Shown here: piece by piece, positions 26,701 through 40,151 of the stretch | Numbering within the stretch: the stretch's first letter is position 1 | Layout of the letters: the number at the start of each line of letters is the position of its first letter | Assembly (NCBI GenBank): GCA_003344405.1 | Contig: NOWV01000147.1 | Span: forward strand, 1-64,000 | Direction of reading: 5' to 3' | Length of the DNA stretch: 64,000 bases | Source of the DNA: Trichoplax sp. H2 | Taxonomy: Eukaryota | The notes under the pieces: generated by a model | What the model saw: only the letters and a program-made list of their open reading frames with translations | Told to the model about the DNA's origin: nothing | Database searches by the model: none | Made by a program: the position numbers and the translations under genes

Positions 26701-29453
26701 AGTCAGCATCAGTGAATAATTCTACAGTCAATTTTTAAATCGAACAGGAAATTGCAATAAAAATTAAGCAAGGTGTCATTACATCATGATCATCATCGTG
26801 GGGCTCATTGTACAATTCATCCGCAAGTCGAGATATTATTTTTAACTGCTTTTTAGTTTGATCTGGTTTTACCTAGATTTTATAATTGTATTGTTACTAA
26901 GACAGTAAATTGATTTAACTTCAACGTAAGTTACTTTTCCGCACAAACCTGTACATAATTACATTAGATTGCAATACCTTTATCGGTTTAGGTTTGAATA
27001 GATACGGTTGCCGTTTCTGGCGCTTTTTAATGTTCTCTTCTTCTTTAACTAATTTTTCAATGATTGCCACCTGTCGTTATTAGTAAGAACATCATGTCTA
27101 TAAGAAGTCATGCTATTGGTAAAATTCATGTCGTCATTGTTGAAGTCTTATACTCTATAATGGCGCATATAGGCATACATAAAGTATATAGCATATGGGT
27201 TATTGAACATTTTACCTGACGTTGCTCTCTCTCTGCCTCAAAATTTCTAAATTGCATAAAAAATTATTTAAGTAAGATGGAATCAATTAGCGGATAATCA
27301 GACTTGGCTGTAAATTTGCAGCAATGTAATTTAGTTATATATTAATGAATCCTGATGGATTTTATTACGTAATACTCACTTTTTGTCTTCGTCAAATTTT
27401 TTTAATTGTTGCTTGCGCAATATTTCAACATCTGGATTCCCTCCACGTTCTTTGATAAATTGACGTTCTTTCTGTTCCTTTAAATGGTCGTTATATGCCT
27501 TTTGCATATCTCTAGCATGAATTGCACGCATATTTTCCTATGATAAAAAATATTGAAGAAACATTCAAATTACTTTTGAATACCTAACACAGTTTTTCGG
27601 TATAGAAGGTTACATCCATAAAGGATTTAAAACATCCACTCCATAATAACGTACACGAGTAGCTTCAATTCGTTTCTTAAGGGATTGAACACTATTCATT
27701 CGCTTCTGAATCAACATTCGAGATTCATTTTCCTTTTTTAACTCTTCCTTCTTCATTCTAGGTTTAAATAGTTTTTTGGTAATTTTATAATCAAGTGTAG
27801 GTATTCATAAACTGTGCCATTATTGTACCTGGCGAGTGTTTCTTGCAAAAATGTTTGAGCTCGTTTTCTATTTTCTAGTGCATCATTTGCAGTCCGTTTA
27901 ACACGTTCAGCATCCTCACGAGCTTTAACAATTTCCATCCTTTAAAGTAAATGAAGATTATCTTCATTTAGCAAATGCTGATAGAAGATATATTTAAATT
28001 AAATAAAAAGAGCTTTTTAAAGGTAATAACCTTTGTTGCATTTTGAGATATCTAACGGCTGCCTTGCCATAATCTTCCTCCTTGTGGGCTCTGATAGTTG
28101 CTATTTCTGCCTTTCTGGTTTTCAATATTAGCTCTTGCTGTTCTAACTCTTCGTTTAATAAGACGTACTTGCTACGCTCCAACTGGGCTTTTGCTAAATC
28201 TAGCCTATAACAACAATTCATAAACATATGTAAAATCCAATAGTAAGTTTTTAGATACCGACTACTTTTTTCAAAATCTTACTCAGCTCGTTTTAGCTCC
28301 TCCGAAATGGAGGTTTCTACTTCTTGTTCCGAAGATAATTCAACGCACAACTTCGTGTAATGCGATTGCAATCGATAAATGGCAGCTCTAAAAGGATATA
28401 AATTTTTTTTATTTATAGTTTTAAGTATTGATTTTTAAGACTGTTATTTAACAAACCGTAATAAACCAGCATTCAATACGAAGTTATATCTCTTTCTATT
28501 AGCAATCGGCAGTCATGAAAGAGCTGCAAGTCACAACGATAACTTACTTATTATTTCTTTCTTCTAGCTCTGCTATTTCATCAGCAACTGCGTTACATTC
28601 GTCACTGAAAGCTTTCAATCGATCGTGACAATTTTTAACCTCTTCTCTGTATCGCAAAATGAAAGCGATAACCATGTGTAAAGGTTAATATAATTATGAC
28701 TGGGATTGGATCTACCTTTAATTCATGCAATAATTGAATTAATAGGTAGGTTACCTTAATTGAGCAGCTTGCACATCGTATCTTTCGACATCTTCATCAA
28801 GTTTGTTTAAAAACTGTCGAAGAGCCAACATTCTGATTCTCTCCTATGGGGAATAATATTTACTGCCCTATTAGTACCGTTCACTTAAAGATAAGAGAAC
28901 AATTACCGTACCTGTCTACTGATTTTAAAGGATTTCGATTGCTGAATGGGTTCATCTTCGTCATTACTGTCAGAATCGAGATCTTCCAATTCCCTAAGCA
29001 ATCATAATTAATCAGGGACAAGATATTGAACGATATTTAAGATATCTAGTGATAGGATTGTTATTCAATAGCTACGACAATCTAGGTGTTTTAATCATTT
29101 CTGCTAGCAACTGGCTACTAGGAATAGTATTAAAAAGATTGTAGTTTTTAACTTTCCTACCTTAAAATTTCTTCTAATCCTGGTCCATCATCTTCCAAAT
29201 CTTCATCATTGAAGTTGTCAGATTGTCTTGTAATGGCTAATCGGAATATCGATTGTAATATTATTATTATACTTTGAAGCGGTATTAATTCAATAGAATA
29301 GCCAGTATAATTAAACTACTAACACTTTGTACTTGTCGATTTTTCAGTAGTAGGAGAGTCCCCTTTCCGATCACGATCTGGACTTGAAAGACGAAATTCG
29401 TTATGGTTATCACTGTCCATTAGCTGATCCTCGTTTTGTATGGTGTCGCTCAT
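17731..29453 (-). CDS. CFAP74: Cilia- and flagella-associated protein 74 (multi-exon, >30 exons)
   Basis: Exonic peptides resemble CFAP74 as recalled: N-terminal acidic/coiled-coil region, QDFSVGKTYKQVVQLTNVSYSIN, VDRLYQDSVIIQNR, VDFGYCTIHESVISTITIENKSSLPQSFGF, LPCKAVGVLPPLQLSSNVINFAAT, LDFGNLLTGD, and a last exon MTLKDYGTETYKIMLRGMIITA* (stop 17731-17733). Many short GT-AG introns. The start ATG at 29453 is inferred. Confidence 0.88.
21869..22030. repeat. Two-copy ~88-bp tandem duplication in a CFAP74 intron
   Basis: tggctcaagccctaaa..aa.tattttat..c.aactatat.taat occurs at ~21870 and ~21958. Confidence 0.7.
24983..25052. repeat. Two-copy 38-bp tandem duplication in a CFAP74 intron
   Basis: agaaacgataggg(a/c)atacatagatttcatttt occurs twice. 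Confidence 0.8.
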
Positions 29454-29879
29454 GTTGATGTACAGTTATCAATACTTTAGGTCACTAAGTATGCTTAAAC
29501 AGATGGAAGTAACCAATAAAATATAAATTTATACTATCTAAAAATTAAGCTAAAGCAGTTGTTAATATTATGTTGCTATACAATAGCATAAACACGGTGC
29601 TAAAGCTTTTAAATTCTTATTAAAGTCAAGAATTTTTCGTGATATTTATTATACATATGATCGATTATTCATAACTCGTCTATGATGCTATAGTATCTCC
29701 AGAGCATATTGCATATACTCGATATTTATAGTATAATACACTATACTTAGTACGCTAGTAACATTCACTTTAAAGCATATACTACTGTCTATAGAGATAT
29801 GTAAGGTACTCGAAGTAAGTTTGTAAAAAAGAAAGATTAACTTGAAAGAAGTCCATGCAGAGAGTTCATTTACAAAATG

Positions 29880-29894
29880 GTTGCTATGAGCAAC
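29880..29894. promoter_or_regulatory. RFX X-box upstream of CFAP74
   Basis: GTTGCT-ATG-AGCAAC: perfect inverted half-sites matching the X-box consensus, about 427 bp 5' of the inferred ATG of a motile-cilium gene. Confidence 0.7.
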
Positions 29895-30922
29895 GTCGCC
29901 CATGCGCATTACTAACCAATTCGTGCCGGAGCAGCATCCTTGCTATTCTGATCTCTACTACGGTATACTGTACAGCACAGTATAGTCATTTCTATCGATT
30001 TTAGGACATACTACTGTAAGAATATCCAAGCCAATAAGGACTGATGGAAATAGCCATTAATGCCCTCTCGGTTACTAGCAATACGAGAGGATTCTATCTA
30101 CTAGGACGAAGCAATCTCTACGATGAAATAGTGAATGAGTTCATTTCTTATGCTGTATGGCGTACTGTAGACTATAAAATTGATTTACTTCAGGTATTAA
30201 AAATGCCATCATTTGGGCCGAATGCGGAAATTAGAATTTCACTTTTAACGTTTAAATCATGAACGAATATTTGCTAATTTTAATTAAAGCAGATGAAATG
30301 CGAGTTGCTGATTTAATTTCGAATTAGATTATAGCAGTAATAGACTAAAAAGCGCTTTGCATGTATTCATTATATAAACGAGTAATAGAGTTAGCAGCGT
30401 TGAACGGTATTTTTCATCTAGCTTAGGCATACGGCTGCTTTTCGTCAGATGCAAATAGCATATTGCTAGACAACCGCCATGAGCTTTAGCTACGTATACG
30501 CTTTTAGCGCTAAAGTACTCAGTACGATGATTTGCACTAGATTCCCCATTTAATATGAGCATTCGGACCTGATAGAATGCTCCGCACTGTGGAAGAAAAA
30601 GCTTTATTTATTTGTATGTACTAGTTAGCATGCATAAGCTCGTTCTAATTATTACCACTTTTTAGTTAGTCAACTAGTTTTTCAATTGCTATTAAATTGT
30701 CAAGACTATAATCTTGGTTGTCAAGATTTCTTCAGTAATAAATAGTAATAAATCTCTGACTACCTCGTCTACACTATCAGTGATGCTATAATTAGACTGT
30801 AGTATTTGGTCGTTAGAAGAGAATTATTTGGTGCTATAGCTAATCTCGCCTATTTAAGTCAGTAAGAGGCGTTCTTCATAAGCATTGGCGTGCGTAGATT
30901 ACTTTGTCACTAGTGGTGTGTG

Positions 30923-31830
30923 ACAGTACTACACTTACTATATGTACTAACTTGATCTGTTATTCCTTAACGATGTGCTAGCTGCTTTATATCATCATAA
31001 TAATATTCATTTATAGACGTTGCGAATGCAAGTCCTTGACTCAGTAAAAATACGCGTACAATATAAAGGTTACATATACATATACATTCAGCAAAAAGGT
31101 ATGCGTCAAATAAACGAGCAGGGGTCTAGTAAAAGCTACAACGTGGTTGCTTGTATCCAACCCTGCATGCGGCATCCAGTCCACTGGTTCTATGTGCAGA
31201 AGCAGTTAAATGCCTATGCAGTATCTTTACGTTGTTATATGATACTTTAGTTTTAGTTGAGGGAATATTGAACATGTTCAAACTAGTCCATCAGCCTTGA
31301 ACAGGTCTAGTGATATCGTGTATTATCATCGTCTATAAATTCATACTGTACAGTATATATCTACAAATGTATAGTAGAAGTAATATTAAAACCTTCATTT
31401 CTTTATAAGTACAGTATACTTACTACACGTACTAACTTGATCTGTTATTCCTTAACAACGTTCTAGCTGCCTTATATCATCATAATAATATTCATTTATC
31501 GACGTTGCAAATGTAATTCTTTGCCTCAGTACAAATACCCATACAATAGATAGGTTATATGCAAGTACATTTAACAAAAAAGGTATGCATGAAGTAGAAC
31601 GAGTAGGAGTTTTGCTAAAAGCTATAGCAGTTCAATTGCCTATACAATATCTCTACAGTATCTCTACGTTGTTATATAATACTTTAGCTTTAGTTGAAGG
31701 AATATTGAACTCGTTCAAACTAGTCGGTAAGCCTTGAATAGCGTCTAGTTATATCATGTATTATCGTCTATAAATGAATACTGTCTAAATACGCGTATAT
31801 ATGCAAATGTACACTAAAAGTCATATTAAT
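30923..31830. repeat. Two-copy direct duplication (~30923-31390 and ~31411-31830) upstream of the carboxypeptidase
   Basis: Both copies carry tactaacttgatctgttattccttaac...tatatcatcataataatattcattt...gaatattgaac..gttcaaactagtc...agccttgaa. Copy 1 has an extra ~50-bp segment. Confidence 0.85.
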
Positions 31831-32329
31831 TAGTTTTACCTACAATTCTAATCAATCAATCAACTATATACCGTGTATATGCTACGCATACAGTTATCCA
31901 TTTGTAGTCGTAGAGCAGTAACACTGTCCAAGGGATTCTCTACACGATATCACCAGTAGTACACAGTATCAATAATTATAATTAATAATTCTATGGTTGC
32001 TTCTTGGAGGCGGATCATTAATTATGTAAGCAGCGATGGCATCAATACTGTATTGATCCTTTAGCAAAATAATAGCGATTCAACATTGATTGCCAAAGCC
32101 TTGACTAAAACTACTGCTTCTCACTAGTGCATAAGACAGTTTTTACAATCGAAAGAAATGATACAGCAAATTATACCACTGTGTATAGAGATGACTCAAG
32201 AGCCATCTTGCCTTGTCTCCTATTAAGGGGAAATAGTCGTCACTGCTGTGGAAATACAACCTATTCAATCCAAAATAAAATTAGTCTAGCGCAAAATTAC
32301 ATTGAAATCGATCCTTCTATCGAACAACG

Positions 32330-33673
32330 ATGAGTTTATTGATTCAATTATCCGTAGCTATTGCATTCTTACTACTCAATGGCGTCATTGATGGATCCAA
32401 TCCGGGTGATAGTGATGAAGTAACTGCATTGCCAGGACTGTCGATTCCTTTACCTTTTAAACATTACTCCGGTTATTTACAGGGTGTTGATAGCAATACT
32501 CAGTTACATTATTGGTTCGCTGAATCTTATGGTAATCCTGCAAGCGATCCTTTAATATTATGGATGAACGGTGGTCCTGGTTGTAGTTCATTGGATGGAC
32601 TACTAACCGAGCATGGACCTTTTAGTGTCAATGATGATTTAACCATTTCTTTACGTAATACTTCGTGGAATAAATTTGCTAACGTCATCTATCTTGAATC
32701 ACCAGCAGGTGTTGGATTTTCTTACGGACCATCGTCCAATTTATCGGATATTACAACGGCAGAGAATAACTACGCTGCTCTTAAAGCATTCTTTAAAAAA
32801 TTTCCTACATTCGCCAATCATGACTTCTACATTACAGGCGAAAGTTATGCTGGCGTTTACGTTCCTACGTTAGCCACTCGTGTTGCTAATGATAGTACAA
32901 TCCGATTAAAAGCGATTGCTATTGGCAATGGCATTCTAGACAGGACTAAAAATCTCGATTCATTAATGTATTACGGTTACTATCACGGCCTATTGGGTGG
33001 CCAACTATGGAATGGCTTGCAAGTTGCGTGTTGCAGTGGCAGTAGCTGCCAATATGCAAATAGTAATAATTTCCTATGTTCTCATCGAGTTCGCTCTGCT
33101 ACTAATTTAATTTGGGGCGATGGCCTAAACCTGTATAGTATCTATGAGGATTGTTTAAAAGTTCGACAAACTTTAGCCATTAGAAATCATCTACAAGACT
33201 CTAACCAACCTCTTTATGGAACCCCACCTTGCTTTACAGAGAGTATACTATCCAAATATTTAAATAGCGATGCAGTTCTGAAGGCGTTACATATTGCCAA
33301 GCAGGCTCCAAAATGGACGATCTGTAATTTTATTGTCAACCTCAATTATCAAAGGACCTATCCTTCTGTTATCCATTTCTTAAAGAATCTGTCATCCAAA
33401 ATGCGCGTCTTATTATATTATGGCGATGCCGATGCTGTGTGCAATTTTATAGGTGGACTTTGGAGTGCTGAAGCAATCCAAGCCCCCAAAATCGACGACT
33501 ATAAACCATGGTATATTAACACCACATACGGCAAAACAGTTGCAGGTTTTATACAGCGATATGATAACCTCGATTTTGTGACTGTTAAAGGAGCTGGACA
33601 CTTAGTCCCAACAGATCAGCCTGATGCTGCCTTTCGACTGATGGAAACTTTTATAGGCGGTCATAGTTTATAA
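32330..33673 (+). CDS. CTSA: Serine carboxypeptidase, peptidase S10 (cathepsin A / lysosomal protective protein-like), intronless
   Basis: Signal peptide; HYSGYL, LHYWFAES, WMNGGPGCSS, YLESPAGVGFSY; catalytic GESYAG (Ser), GDADAVCN (Asp), KGAGHLVP (His). Confidence 0.93.
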   Translation: MSLLIQLSVAIAFLLLNGVIDGSNPGDSDEVTALPGLSIPLPFKHYSGYLQGVDSNTQLHYWFAESYGNPASDPLILWMNGGPGCSSLDGLLTEHGPFSVNDDLTISLRNTSWNKFANVIYLESPAGVGFSYGPSSNLSDITTAENNYAALKAFFKKFPTFANHDFYITGESYAGVYVPTLATRVANDSTIRLKAIAIGNGILDRTKNLDSLMYYGYYHGLLGGQLWNGLQVACCSGSSCQYANSNNFLCSHRVRSATNLIWGDGLNLYSIYEDCLKVRQTLAIRNHLQDSNQPLYGTPPCFTESILSKYLNSDAVLKALHIAKQAPKWTICNFIVNLNYQRTYPSVIHFLKNLSSKMRVLLYYGDADAVCNFIGGLWSAEAIQAPKIDDYKPWYINTTYGKTVAGFIQRYDNLDFVTVKGAGHLVPTDQPDAAFRLMETFIGGHSL

Positions 33674-34125
33674 TAATAATGTGTTGCCGTGAAGATAGTA
33701 TTCTATCAATTTATTGGCAACATGGGCTCATTTACAGGCCGTAATAACGAATAAAGTAGAAAATGATAATCGAAAAGTTGTTGAAAACGGCAATTTCCGT
33801 AGGATCGTCAAGTCCGATGGACAGGATCTTGAAAATCTTGTGGATATTAGATGCACTTTATTCTATTTGTAAATTATGAAATGACCTAATAATGATATGA
33901 TTATTGGCTATAAAATAGTTGTCCTACGCAAAGATAGAAATCCTTATAAACATTTTCAATTGGAGTAGGATCTGCAGATCATAATCTATCATTGACCCAC
34001 AGGGATATATTTCTCTCGGTGATCTTCCAAAAAATCAGTTAAGTGATAAACTACAGTATGGTCATTTAATGTACATTCATTGTAGATGGTGTAAATGTTT
34101 GATGTACTCGGTTGGACTGTATAGA

Positions 34126-34309
34126 ATTGTTACATGAATCTGTAGATTGATTTTTACAACACTGTGCATCAGCATGTTGTATCCTATATCACTAGTTATA
34201 CCATTAAAAGTAGATTGTTGCATGAATCTGTAGATTGATTTTTACAATACTGTGCATCAGCATGTTGTATCCTCCTATTTCACTAGTTATACCATTAAAA
34301 GTAGATTGT
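34126..34309. repeat. Two-copy ~90-bp near-perfect tandem duplication
   Basis: catgaatctgtagattgatttttacaa.actgtgcatcagcatgttgtatcct...cactagttataccattaaaagtagattgtt occurs twice. Confidence 0.9.
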
Positions 34310-35786
34310 TAGTTTATTGTACATTATTTATGTGACTTAGCATACACATTGCATGGACTTTTCCATTAACTTTCCTGATACGAAATTCATCAATGGACCT
34401 AACGATATTCCCTTTAATTAATTTATTAAATAATTATAACGGCTGAGAACAAACTGTAGCTGATAGGTCAATTACATAATTTATGTTCATATTATCAATT
34501 ATTCTATGTACAAGTATTTAAAGTTATTTTCTGTAGGTATCTTGGCTTTGTTAGTTAGCATTGCCAATATGTGTATATCTTACTATTCAGAGTTCAATCA
34601 AGGAATAAATGAAAGATTAAGACTAATCGGTGCATCAGATTTAAATTACTAATTGATCAATTTTGTGAAACTCGTTCATGAAATATTAGAGCACAGTATG
34701 CTAACGTCTTCAGTCAACGAAATTTTAAATCCTTATTGGTTTTAGTTCATGGAAATGTCTCGTACAGTTAAAAATTCAATGAAACGGGATACGAACATGT
34801 CATGTCTATGGATTAAAACATTTTGTTTACTAACTATACGCATAAGTGCACTTCCTCTACAGTAAGTAAATTAGCTGTAGACTCTGCAGTACTACAGTAG
34901 GTAGTTTTCGAGCGGAGAAGTACAAAAATACCTCGTATAGCTCTACAGTATTGTCAAATCCTACAAAGGTAAACACGAAGCCGATCCAAAAGTTAAAGAG
35001 TAAAAATGCAAAGTTTTATTGCATACAGCCAGTACACTACCAAGGTAAACATGATTATAACAACAGTCACTGAGCAGCAAATTTACAATGTAATTTTAAA
35101 CTTACCAGCTAAAACAGAAGGTCCATTTCCAGCCAACCTATAATTCTAAAATTGTCGCGCTAGGCAGTCGGCTGCAATAAGAGCACAGTCTACTACAGTC
35201 TGCTGCAAGCACTATGCATGTGAGTCAAAAGTTGCCATCGCCGCTTGCTGCAATTTTTGCATTCCTGAAGGTGGAATAACTTCTGAATAAATAAATAAAC
35301 AAAACAACATTATTAGATGATGCTTATAATGATTAGCCGAAAGATGGAGGATCTGGGTGCAAGTAGCATACTGTAAATACAGCGCCATACCTCTTGATCC
35401 AGAGAGATCGGTGTCTTTGATCTTATCTCTGGGGCTAAAATCTCTATTAGTGCTAGGCTTTCCAAGGGTTATGCAGACTTGAAGACGCTAATGTTGAAAT
35501 TGATTAGACATTTTGGCAGAGTACTGTACTGTACTGTACACGAGGACTACTAAAGAAGGCATCGTAATAATTCCAGCTGTACAACTACAGTGTCCATGTG
35601 CGACAAGTCCTTCCATTTTATCTGATGCAAATAAGACAAGTAAGAAAAATTCTCATCAAAATTTGAAAACAGATCTAATATTATTATGATTATCATTACT
35701 AGTTGATAGTGATATATATTCTACTGGATTTCGCTTGCCATTGCCTAATTTGCAATTGTTTACCTGATATAGTTAAAAGAAGCATT

Positions 35787-36680
35787 ATGCTTACACTTTC
35801 AGCGTTCTTGCCTGCAACTTTAACAACGATCATTGCCTGCACGACAATTTTGGTAGTTGTCATCACTTGCTATGTGCAGTCACGACCAAAATGGACAAGG
35901 CCTTGTCCTCCAAAGAAAGAAAATTACGATGTACAGCAAGGCGTTGTATTGCTATTTCAACTGGAGCGGAACTGCACTGTACCTAGTCTAGCGGCTTACG
36001 TTTTAAAACTTGAAACTTATTTACGTATGGCCGAAATCCCGTATAAAAATGATCATAGCTTTACTTTATCCAGTAAAGGTAAAGTTCCTTGGATTATTGT
36101 TAACGGCAAAGAAGTTACGGATTCATCATTTTGTATTGAATACTTGAGTCAGGAATTTGATAAAGACCTGGATAAAGGCTTGAATGAAGAAAGTAAAGCT
36201 GTTGGTCGAATGTTAACCAAAACGATGGAAGAGAATACGTTTTGGGCCACCATTGAACAAGCCAGACTCTATGATGGCTTAGACGAATGGTTGGATCTTG
36301 TAGATGTCAACTCGTCAATGCGATCCTTCTTCAAAAATCAAGGCCCAAAAATCGTGAAAGAATATAGTTGGGGACATGGCATAGGAAGGCATTCCTCGCA
36401 AGAAATACATCATATAGGTGAATTGGACCTACGATCCTTTTCAGTCATTCTTGGCTCTAAGAAATACTTCCTTGCTGATTATCCCACTACGGTTGATGCA
36501 TGCATGTTTGGATTTTTGGCAAATATGCTATATGCTGTACCCAAATCGTCCCCATGCTATCGTTTGTTAACTACGGAATTGACAAATCTTGTGGATTATG
36601 TCGAAAGAATGAAAGCAAAGTATTGGCCAGATTGGGAAGAAATCACCAGCAGGGCACCTAGAGGTAGTCTCGGTCACTGA
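35787..36680 (+). CDS. FAXC: Failed axon connections homolog (metaxin/GST-fold protein with N-terminal membrane anchor), intronless
   Basis: First ATG at 35787; hydrophobic N-terminus; PSLAAYVLKLETYLRMAEIPY, SSKGKVPWI..NG..VTDSSFCIEYL, GHGIGRHS, LGSKKYFL..YPTTVDACMFG, YVERMKAKYWPDW are typical of the FAX family. Confidence 0.85.
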   Translation: MLTLSAFLPATLTTIIACTTILVVVITCYVQSRPKWTRPCPPKKENYDVQQGVVLLFQLERNCTVPSLAAYVLKLETYLRMAEIPYKNDHSFTLSSKGKVPWIIVNGKEVTDSSFCIEYLSQEFDKDLDKGLNEESKAVGRMLTKTMEENTFWATIEQARLYDGLDEWLDLVDVNSSMRSFFKNQGPKIVKEYSWGHGIGRHSSQEIHHIGELDLRSFSVILGSKKYFLADYPTTVDACMFGFLANMLYAVPKSSPCYRLLTTELTNLVDYVERMKAKYWPDWEEITSRAPRGSLGH

Positions 36681-36690
36681 AATAGACCTA

Positions 36691-36953
36691 CAGTAATGAA
36701 CAGGAAAAGAATATTGTAGAATCATGGTGTTTTACGCTAGATGATTATAAGGAAGTCACTAGCAAACGTAGTACTCTACATCAGCATAACTGGATTAGAC
36801 AGGTGCAAGCTAGTAGTCTATCAGTAATTGACAGTAAAGAATATTGTAATATTATAGCATGCTATGTTTGATAATTGTAGAATGAAGTTACTAACTACAG
36901 CAGTCCTGTATATCAGCAGAACTCGACATGTTGTGCAAGCTAGTAGTCCATCA
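36691..36953. repeat. Diverged two-copy ~130-bp tandem duplication 3' of the FAX-like gene
   Basis: cagtaat..acag..aaagaatattgta ... catcagca.aact...gtgcaagctagtagtc.atca occurs twice. Confidence 0.7.
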
Positions 36954-39900
36954 AATTTCGGGAATATTCTATCGATTTTCGTTTAAAGGTTGCTCGTTAC
37001 TCGTTTGTGTTAATTTCGTGATTGAAAAAGGATGTCCACTTCATTTACGGTAACTAGTAATCACATATGTGTTCTTTATAAGCATTCTACAGTCCCTTCA
37101 TTGAAATACTGTATACATAAGTTATTCAAGTCTGCAAATTCTTTCTATTTTCGTTCATGATTTCATTTTTATGAATGATCCAAAAAATAAACGATGTGTA
37201 TATTATAATATGATATTATTTAACTGCACGGGTATATTGATAATCTCCTAACATAAAGGAATTGCGCTACTATGACTTAGTTCGTACTTTATAACCATGA
37301 TTGCTGATACTGTCGAAGCAGTTAAAATAATTGCACAATCAAAATCTTGCTTAGATATTGCATTTTTTTTCTCGTCTGGCAATCAATTGACTTGAAAATA
37401 GATTCGATCTCAGCTGCCTTACGATGAGTATTCTTGAAAGAGGTTGTAATAGTATAACTAATTACTAGGTATATAAGCGTTGCTTTGCATACTGCATTGC
37501 GTTGATACACTACTGCTAAGGTTAGTCAAATAGTTCCAGCATTCGCGTTCCGCAGCAAGTTATTTTTGGTATCGTTGCAGTCAACTTCCAGAGCTGTGGT
37601 ATACTGTATTAATTATAAGAATTTACCTCTTTTCTTGCTAGCCCAACTAAGCCGCAATAAAATCTAGTCTTACCCAGTTTCTGTAATGATAATATTCAAT
37701 ATCGATAGTACCATTTTGTAGCTCATTTACAAGGTGTAATGGCTAAATTTTATGAGCGAAGGTATCCGCGTAGACTATTCTTGCTATTTGCAACTTGAGA
37801 TAAAAGGCCTAGAGGAAATTTTTCAAGGTTGGAATTAGCTGAAGTTAGCTTTTAGATTACTGCGTCGATGTTCTACTATCAGCTCTGTTCTGCTCACGAA
37901 AACATCGACACAGGAGACCAAAATCATGACAAACAAATTTTGATCTGGTCTATCGGTCAATGAGTATTGTGGGACAAAAATCTGCATTCTCACAAGTAGA
38001 TACCCTATAATAGGACAGTAGTCCTGCAGATGTGATAAGTTGGTGCTAGACCAGATTTTAGACAATCTGGTAAATTACTATGACTGCATGATCACACTAT
38101 TGCAATTATACAAGGCTGAGCTCATGCCAAAGTATCCCATCTTTTAGCCCTAGAACTGCAAGATCTGCCAAAATGACGGCGTAAAAATTGGAAGATTACT
38201 GGACTCATCGAGATAAAAGAACGTGTATAGTTGCAGTATACTGGAGGTAATTATGGTAAGGTCTGTGTGAGCAATACAATCCGCTCACTTAGAAAATTTT
38301 ATATATAAAATTGCGAATTTAAGTTTTCCAAGTATATCAGCATTTGCAGTACCCATAGGCTATAGTATTAGCAATGTCCTGTAGTACTTAAAAGAGCCCA
38401 TAGCAATGACATAAAATTGAGTTGATAACTAGACAGGCTTTAAATGCAATTTCATTTTCCGTTCTAAGGATTTGTATATACAACTATTCCAATGGTATCT
38501 TATAAAAAAGTATGATTATATGATAGAATCATTTAAACAGGATCCATTATTCCAACTAACCCTAACAGTATATATCATAGGTACAGTATGATCCTTTTCC
38601 AATCAGATGAATCAGTACATATTATATGCGGGCATTTTTTTACGAAATCCGGTAAATTTTTTATATGTGGAAAGAGTAAGCTCTCATATCGATTGGTGCA
38701 TATATCATGTTACATTGGTTAATACTAAAGTGTTTAACTTCATATTAAAGAATTGGAAACGAAAAAGATCACGCTGTATATATTTTATATCACACACTAT
38801 TGTTATGTCAATTTTAAGTCAAGGGTAATGGATTTCTTAAGGTAGTAGAGATTATAAACGAGTAAAACACAACTAGATGAGCACGATAGACCATTCGTAG
38901 TACAGAATTTGATGTAAGCATACAATATTCTCCAGAACGAATTTCATACGCGTGCTATACATCAACAGTTTCTTGTCTCTACAAGAGATTGAACTGAAAG
39001 TCATCGGTGATCGAATTATTTCCAGTATCGAGGAAAATCCCTTAGTATTATCTTACTTTCTATCGTTGTTTAAGTGCATCTATTTAGTAATAAGTGCCTG
39101 GTAAAAACCTTTTATGCTTATTTTATATTTATACAGTACATGAGCGCCGATAACAACAGTCCTCCTATTTTCTCTAAGCTACGTATATAAACAAATTAAA
39201 ACACGCTTTCATTCAATATTACTACACTATATCAATTCGGGTTATATAGTCCCAAACTCTTCATCTTGGACTACTGTACAGACTACTGAAGAAAAAAACT
39301 CCAATCTATCATCTCGCCAGTTCTAAATATTACCCACTTTAGCGTAGCACTAATAGTTCATTTTGCTACTTTGGTGAGAAAAGACCAGTGTTATTTGTAG
39401 TTGCCCTGTGCCATTGATGAAAAGCAACGGTGGTACAAACTATTTTTAATGATAAAATACGTTTTCCTATTTTATAAACTAATAACGAAAACAAGGATTT
39501 ATTGAAAGCATCGATTTGGAAAACAGAATAGAGTAATAATGTATGAAACCTCGGTGCTGATTGCATTGATATTATACACTTTCAACAACATTTACTTCCG
39601 TAGAAATTATCATAACACATTATAGAATGGGGGAAAATCTTAATAGATATCATAGTATGATAGTAGGGATATCTACACACTAACTAATTCGTATTCTGCC
39701 ACTCCAACCATACTATCAGTCTATCTATCAGTCGTTTGCCTTTTCTATCCTGTAAAATACGAGATTACAATTGATAGCTAGGAATTAAAAGAGCCGTAGA
39801 GAAGGCGTCAATCTCGGTTCTAGAAAAGCTTTCCTTAATACGTGATATATCAACCTGGGAAAATAATTGATTTCTTTTATTTCAAGAAGAAAAATATAAT

Positions 39901-40151
39901 AAAATTGAAAAATGAATGACAGCTAAGAATGTTATTGTCGTGAACAATAATGGTGATGAATAAATTGAAAGTATTGTCTTTTTTAATTATAAGTTTTACT
40001 TCTATCTATCTATCTATAGTTTATAGTCGAGTAGGCGATGTTAAATTGTTTAAAGTCAATAAAAGCTTAATACCGAGATTGATTTTTTTCATCTATCGAT
40101 CAACGAACGACTTGTTGATTGTAGCCGTATCTGTAAAACAGAATACAAGTT

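Noticed and set aside
35100-35270. Exon-like AG...GT bounded segments on the minus strand upstream of the FAX-like gene
   Set aside because: No recognisable or continuous protein could be assembled from them.
35703-35786. TTG-initiated N-terminal extension of the FAX-like ORF (likewise 60097-60123 for paralog D)
   Set aside because: Artefact of alternative start codons in the ORF track; the first ATG directly precedes the hydrophobic segment.
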